From Candidatus Altimarinota bacterium (GTDB lineage: Bacteria; Patescibacteriota; Gracilibacteria; BD1-5; UBA2023), in assembly GCA_043787675.1 (NCBI GenBank), contig JAYVUT010000010.1:16733-80732 (forward strand): a stretch of DNA of 64,000 nucleotides, in the 5' to 3' direction. The notes beneath the pieces are model-generated. The model was not told where the DNA came from. It did no database searches and saw only the letters and a program-made list of their open reading frames with translations. Numbering within the stretch: the stretch's first letter is position 1; each line of letters begins with the position of its first letter. Positions 58,436-64,000 of the stretch are shown piece by piece. Both the position numbers and the translations under genes were made by a program.

Positions 58436-59281
58436 CTATTGGAGAGTCTTGGATATATTTGCTTCTGCCTCTGTCTGTATCAATTTCAGTGTCCTGATGA
58501 TATCTGTTCCAGAGTCAGGGATGACTACAGTCGATCTCTTGATGAGGGCATCTCGATTATTCGAGAGAGCATCGATCAATTGCAGATTGCGTATCTGGAG
58601 AGCAGTATAACTTTGCTTGAATCTACCCAGATATATGAGATAGACGCGGGCTCTGGTATCCATATGTTTTGCCGTGATATAGCTATCGATCGCTCCATCG
58701 ACACCACTATAGTCATACGCGTCGTAGGAGGATTGCATGATATTTTTGGCACTACTCGTCTCACTCGTCGATCTATCGATAATCCCCTGGAGGTCTCAGA
58801 TCTGCTCTCCTATTACAGACAGTCGCTCGAGAGTGCGATTGTAGTATGACTTTAGCAGTGATATATGTTCCCCGAGTGCTACTGCTCTATCTGTCGCACT
58901 ATCGAGGAGATGTACTATATCTGTAGAGAGGATATTCGCGTAGCTCGATATCCCCAGCATATTGCTCCCTATGAGTCGTTGTTGTCATATATTCGGGGAT
59001 GAGAGCACCTCAGCGATAGAGATAATATTATTTGATAAATCTACACCTGCATATTTTATTTGTGTTTCTTTTTGTCCGAGAGAGAGACTCATTGCCGTTG
59101 CAATATTGCCCATATATGTAATATCTGCTTGTGAAAATGAGAGATCGTTGGCTCCAGCACTCGTCTTGAGTCCGAGCATCGGTCATATATATCCCCATGA
59201 GAGATGGAGTATGAGTGTGAAGAATAGCGTCAGAATGAGTGTGTTTCGTATGAAGTCCTTGACTTCGCTCGTGAAAACCAT
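58436..59281 (-). CDS. Membrane-anchored hypothetical protein (281 aa), first gene of the operon
   Basis: The N-terminal TM is NTLILTLFFTLILHLSW, followed by a helical soluble domain. Track fragments 58985..59179 and 58436..58738 share its frame, and the gaps were checked (3 TGA). It ends at TAG 58436-58438. Confidence 0.5.
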
Positions 59282-59340
59282 AATTTGGGAAGTAATCTTT
59301 TCTTGTATTGTATCGTTTATTTCCTATTATTGCAAATAAA

Positions 59341-61551
59341 ATGCGTTATTTTATCATTGTTGTTACCCTGTGTCTCCTATTGATAGGGACTCTCATACAC
59401 CGCACACCGACATATGATATGACTATAGAGAGATCCCAGATGACCCCCATATGAGATATGGCATACCGTACCACTACACAAAAACCAAAGAATATCTGGT
59501 ATATAGGGATCAAAAATCCTAAATCCTCTGATGCGAATATATGTGTAGATTGGATATTTGCTCATGCAACAAAAACCGAATGTATCGATCATGATGGGAC
59601 AAGGAGTGGGGATGAAATATTCTCATTCCCAGTTCTTGTGGATGCGACCGATAGTGCATCATTGCATATTGTATGATCACAAATTGACCCCAAGGATATC
59701 ACCGTATATTCGATGGATACTCGTGCCGCTGGTTCTCGACTTGGATTCGCACTTCCTGGTGCTCGAGCCGAGAATGGTATCATATCTCGAGCTGAGTGGT
59801 GAGCAGATGAAACGATGCGATATACAGATAGTCCATACTGGCAGAATCGCTACCCTATATATCTCCAGTATGTCCAGTCCCCGAAAACTCAGGCACAACT
59901 CGATGCCATCAATATAGAGAACAAAAAAGTCGACTACCTCATCAAAAATGGATGAGCTGCTACAGAAGTAGTCTCACTCAAAAGAACTGAAAATGGACAT
60001 CCACTGGTATGGCCTATCGAGAATACTCGGCAAGTATCTCGTATTGTCATCCATCACACTGCCCAGAGTCTCGATAATACCAAGACAGATGCTGAGATGA
60101 TACGTGGTATCTATGCGTATCATACGCTCTCGAGAGAGTGGGGAGATATTGGATATAACTATCTCATAGCTCAACGGGGGCTCATATATGAGGGGAGGGC
60201 TGGTGGTGACTATGTAGTGGCATCACACGCTGCCTACAACAATATGGGAACTGTCGGTATATCGATCCTCGGTGACTATAACCGTGATCATCTCAATCGT
60301 GACCAGATATCTGGTATCGCCCAAGCTATATCGATGATGGCGAGCAAATATGGGATCACGCTCTCTGATAGCAAAAAGTGAGTTAGAAAGTGCAGTATAG
60401 CTAGTTGTGAGCTGTTTGATATCGTAACTACCAAGTCACTCATGGGTCATCAGGATATCGGACACACTGATTGTCCCGGATCAGATACCTATCCACGCAT
60501 CTCTGAGTGGATATCTCAACTTGATCGATCATATAGCCCAGTATACAATAGTATTTGAGGTACTATAGAGCCAAAACTTCCTGGTACAGAAATGAATATG
60601 TCATTGCGAGTCGCAGCACCTATAGCTACATATCCATCTACACTATTTGCTCCGAGTATAGCAACAGTGAAATATATATGACCCAAGTTCAGAGTCAGGC
60701 TCTCGTATCCAGATAGTACGAGTATCACTCTCACAACAGCAGATAGCAAGATCGGTAAGCTCATACTCGATCAGACAAAAATACCAATGCAAGTATCTCA
60801 AAAAGTACAAGTATGAATAGTATGAAATACTCAATTATCAGTACAAATATGACAAAAAATATATACTGGATCAGTAATGAGACTATCTCATAGTATAGTG
60901 CGTATCGACTCATGGGATCGTATTCCTGACTGGGACAAGAGTGGTAAGTACAATGACAATCTATTCCGTGATACCATCAGAGTCATAGCTCAAAATGGCA
61001 AACTTGTAGTCATCAATGATCTCCCTATAGAATGGTATCTCAAGGGTATGTGAGAAGTATCAAATAGTGATCTCAGTGAGAAAATCAAGACGATCATAGT
61101 ATCTGCTCGCTCATATGCAAGATGGTATATGTCACCTCAAAATCGTAAATTCCCAGGTGAATCCTATGATGGGTCGGATGATCCGGACGTATTCCAAAAG
61201 TATCTCGGATACTCGTATGAACTGAGATCTCCTATAGTAGCGAAGTTCGTCGACGCGACTCGTGGACAAGTTATCACATATTCTGGTCAACTTATCAAGC
61301 CTTGGTACCACTCATCTTCTGATGGTCGTACACTCTCTGCACTCGAGTATTGTCAAAAAAATGGATCATCGAATTGTGTCGATACTCCATACCTCCAATC
61401 CGTCATTGACCCAGGTTCAGTATGACGTACTAGATCTGGACATGGGGTCGGAATCTCTGGAATCGGAGCTACATATTGGGCTCAGGCAGGATGGGATTAT
61501 CCGCGAATTATACAATACTACCTCAAGTGAGTTGAAATATCTAAAAAATAG
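59341..61551 (+). CDS. Fusion of an N-acetylmuramoyl-L-alanine amidase (Amidase_2/PGRP fold) with a SpoIID/LytB-type lytic transglycosylase domain
   Basis: It has a signal-anchor. The amidase motifs are RIVIHHTAQS, WGDIGYNYLIAQRG and GHQDIGHTDCPG. The SpoIID-like C-terminus carries EWYLKGMGEVS, VSARSYARWY, SDDPDVFQKYLGY, WYHSSSDGRT and GHGVGISG. The frame was checked line by line (about 16 TGA). The protein is 736 aa. Confidence 0.8.
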
Positions 61552-61590
61552 ATATACTTTTTATAGTTTTATTCTTGACCACAGTATACT

Positions 61591-62133
61591 ATGTATCTTT
61601 CTGATCGTGATATCCGTACTGCGATTGACGCTAGTACTATCTCTATATCTGATTTTGACGAGTCTCGTCTCCAGCCAGCGAGTTATGATATCCGCCTTGG
61701 AGATAGATTCCTGATTGTAAAGGAATACTCAGTAGCCAATATCGACCCCGTCAATCATATCCTTCCAGAATATGAGGAAATCATCGTCACCGCTGAGCAG
61801 TGACTCATCCTCCGTCCTGGAGTCACTGTCCTTGGCACCAGTGTAGAGAAGTTTGGCTCTGAAAAATATCTCATCCAACTATCAGGTAAGTCATCTCTGG
61901 CTCGTATCTGACTCATCGTCCACAATACTGCATGACTCATCAATCCAGGTCACTATCTCAATATCACATTTGAACTTGCGAATATGAACTCTGTACCTAT
62001 CATACTTCGTCCTGGTATGGATATTGCTCAACTCCTCTTCGCTGAGATGAGTTCTCCACCAGACCAAGACTACAAAAAAGTTGGACGATATGGGGAGGGT
62101 GAGGATAATATGGTCTGATATATAAAAAAATAA
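61591..62133 (+). CDS. dcd: dCTP deaminase
   Basis: Motifs are LQPASYDIRLG, GKSSLARIGL and the PGH region. Track ORF 61591..61803 continues across 4 TGA to TAA 62131-62133. Confidence 0.9.
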
Positions 62134-62192
62134 ATTCGCAAAATACTCCTATTTTCATATAATCTAGGGGTATTTTTGTAATATGTATTATT

Positions 62193-62621
62193 ATGCAGGT
62201 TCAAATCCAAAATTCGTCGTGAAAAATTCTCGAATATAAAACTCCCGGTGCCTGTGCTTTTGATTTTGAGGCTATGGAAGAGGTAGTATTTGCTCCTGGC
62301 GAGTGGAAACTCGTGGAAACAGGAACTGCAATTGCTACACCACTATGATATTGCCTCGTCGTATCTCCGAGATCGAGTATATTCAAGAATTATGGACTCA
62401 TGCAGGTCAATAGTATTGGTATAGTGGATCAGGATTATTGCTGAGAAAAAGATACTATCAAATTTCCTTATATTAACATGAGAAAAGAAGAAGTGATTAT
62501 CAAAAAATGAGAACGAATCGGGCAAGGTATGTTTGTAAAAATTGAAAAACCTGAATTTGTATTGATAGATAAAATGTGAAGTGAAAATAGAGGTGGTTTT
62601 GGTACTACAGGACTCAAGTAA
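62193..62621 (+). CDS. dut: dUTP diphosphatase
   Basis: Motifs are GACAFDF, VSPRSS, GIVDQDYCGE, ERIGQGMF and the C-terminal RGGFGTTG. The frame was checked (6 TGA). Confidence 0.85.
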
Positions 62622-62632
62622 AAACCTAAATT

Positions 62633-63109
62633 ATGAAAATCACAGCTATACTCGCTATGGACCAGACGCTACTGATCGGTCGAAAAAATGGGCTCCCATG
62701 GAATATTCCCGAAGATATGAAGCGTTTCCGAGAATTCACGATCGGAGGCACTGTAGTGATGGGTCGCAATACCTATCTCTCTCTTCCAGACCGATTTCGC
62801 CCACTGCCCCATCGTCGAAATATTGTCATAACGCATATTCCTCTCGATTGAGTTGAGTGTTATTCGAGTATTGAATCTTGTATCTCTACTCTACAAGTAG
62901 AAATGATCGAACAAGTATGGTTGATCGGATGAGCGTCACTTTACGATCAGTTTTTTGCCCATAAACTCGTTGATCAGATAGAGCTGACATTGCTTGATGG
63001 AGAACATGAGTGAGACATACGGGTATCCGAGTTTCGCTCTGATTTTCATGAGATATCGAGCAGAGATTTTTCTCAGGGTCGATTCATTACACTTATTCGC
63101 AATTCTTAA
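62633..63109 (+). CDS. folA: Dihydrofolate reductase
   Basis: Motifs are ILAMDQTLLIGRKNGLPWNIPEDMKRFREFT, VVMGRNTY and WLIGGASLY. It ends at TAA 63107-63109. Confidence 0.85.
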
Positions 63110-63121
63110 TTTTTCTCTCTT

Positions 63122-64000
63122 ATGCATGCAGAGCAACAATATCTCGATCTCCTCCAGAAAATTATGGACACATGAGTAGATCGTATGGATCGTACCGGTG
63201 TAGGAACTCGGTCGATTTTTGGTCATCAGATGAGGTTTGATCTCTCTCAGGGATTTCCACTTCTCACGACCAAAAAAGTATTCATCCGAGGTATCATCCA
63301 TGAACTGATCTGGTTCATCTCTGGTATTACCAATATTCGTCCTCTAGTGCAGAATGATGTGAAGATCTGGAACGAGTGGGCGTATGCAAAATATCTCAAA
63401 AAAACAGGAAAAGATAAAGAGTTACCGAGGTATTCTCCAGAGTGGGATGCTGAACTCGTAAATTTTATTGAAAAAATAAAAATAGATGAAGATTTTGCAA
63501 ATGAATGGGGTGATCTTGGTCCAGTATATGGGAAGCAGTGGAGAGCCTGGGAAACTCGGAAGGGAAATGTGATCGATCAGATTCAGAATGTACTCAATAC
63601 TCTCGCGAATGACCCCTATTCTCGTCGCAATCTTATCTCCGGATGGAATGTTGGGGAGATAGAGGAACTCATCAAGGATAAGGATACTGCACCACCACCT
63701 TGTCATACGCTCTTCCAGTTCTATGTAGCAAATGGTTGCCTCTCTTGTCAACTTTATCAGCGGTCAGCTGATGTATTCCTCGGAGTACCATTCAATATCG
63801 CATCATATGCACTTCTCACCATGATGATCGCTCAGGTGAGTGGACTCCAACCTGGTGAATTTGTCCATACATTTGGTGATGTACATATCTATCATAATCA
63901 CTATGATCAGGTTCGCGAACAACTCAGTCATACGCCTCGAACATTTCCTATTATACATATCAATCCAGCAATAACAGACCTCTTTGCTTTTCGATTTGAG
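63122..64000 (+). CDS. thyA: Thymidylate synthase ThyA (3' end beyond the window)
   Basis: Motifs are [22 protein letters not shown] (catalytic Cys) and [21 protein letters not shown]. The frame is open to the window edge. Confidence 0.92.

Noticed and set aside
62190-62215. A tRNA-like T-arm sequence, GGTTCAAATCC.
   Set aside because: There is no complementary T-stem, acceptor or anticodon arm around it, and it lies inside the dut coding sequence (MQVQIQ).
62633-64000. A bifunctional DHFR-TS fusion: folA and thyA looked contiguous when TGA is read through.
   Set aside because: Codon-by-codon reading shows a genuine TAA at 63107-63109, a 12-nt spacer, and a different frame for thyA (ATG 63122). 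They are separate genes.

Overview
Limits first: everything here is hand translation. Starts are the first plausible ATG, or TTG/GTG where stated. Coordinates not anchored to the supplied ORF track may be off by a few nt. No database search was possible. The window is an AT-rich, tightly packed chromosomal segment with about 60 protein genes and no rRNA, tRNA or CRISPR. The organism reads UGA as glycine (translation table 25, known from the candidate-phyla-radiation lineages Gracilibacteria and Absconditabacteria/SR1). The supplied standard-code ORF track therefore shatters almost every gene. Reading TGA as Gly joins the fragments into full-length proteins, and every gene I could close ends in TAA or TAG. 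Housekeeping genes: der, ftsH, mutY, nrdR, uvrC, tsaD, rsmF-like, smpB, a class A PBP, rplJ-rplL with a structured leader, alaS, rlmE, pepF, ruvC, trmD, holA and a dcd-dut-folA-thyA block. Accessory content: (1) A defence/toxin island at about 5.9-13.5 kb. It holds a zeta-toxin cassette bracketed by a duplicated terminator-promoter module, a 1012-aa type IIG restriction-modification enzyme, a wHTH plus long MazF/PemK pair, a truncated dinD, palindromic ACATGTAAA repeats, and a Fic AMPylase followed 6 nt later by an EVE-domain gene. (2) An orphan barstar-like immunity gene. (3) A 1946-aa thioester alpha-2-macroglobulin. (4) A priA gene encoding only the C-terminal half. (5) A MutY with no Fe-S cysteines. 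(6) An envelope locus with two novel membrane proteins lying divergent to an amidase-SpoIID fusion.
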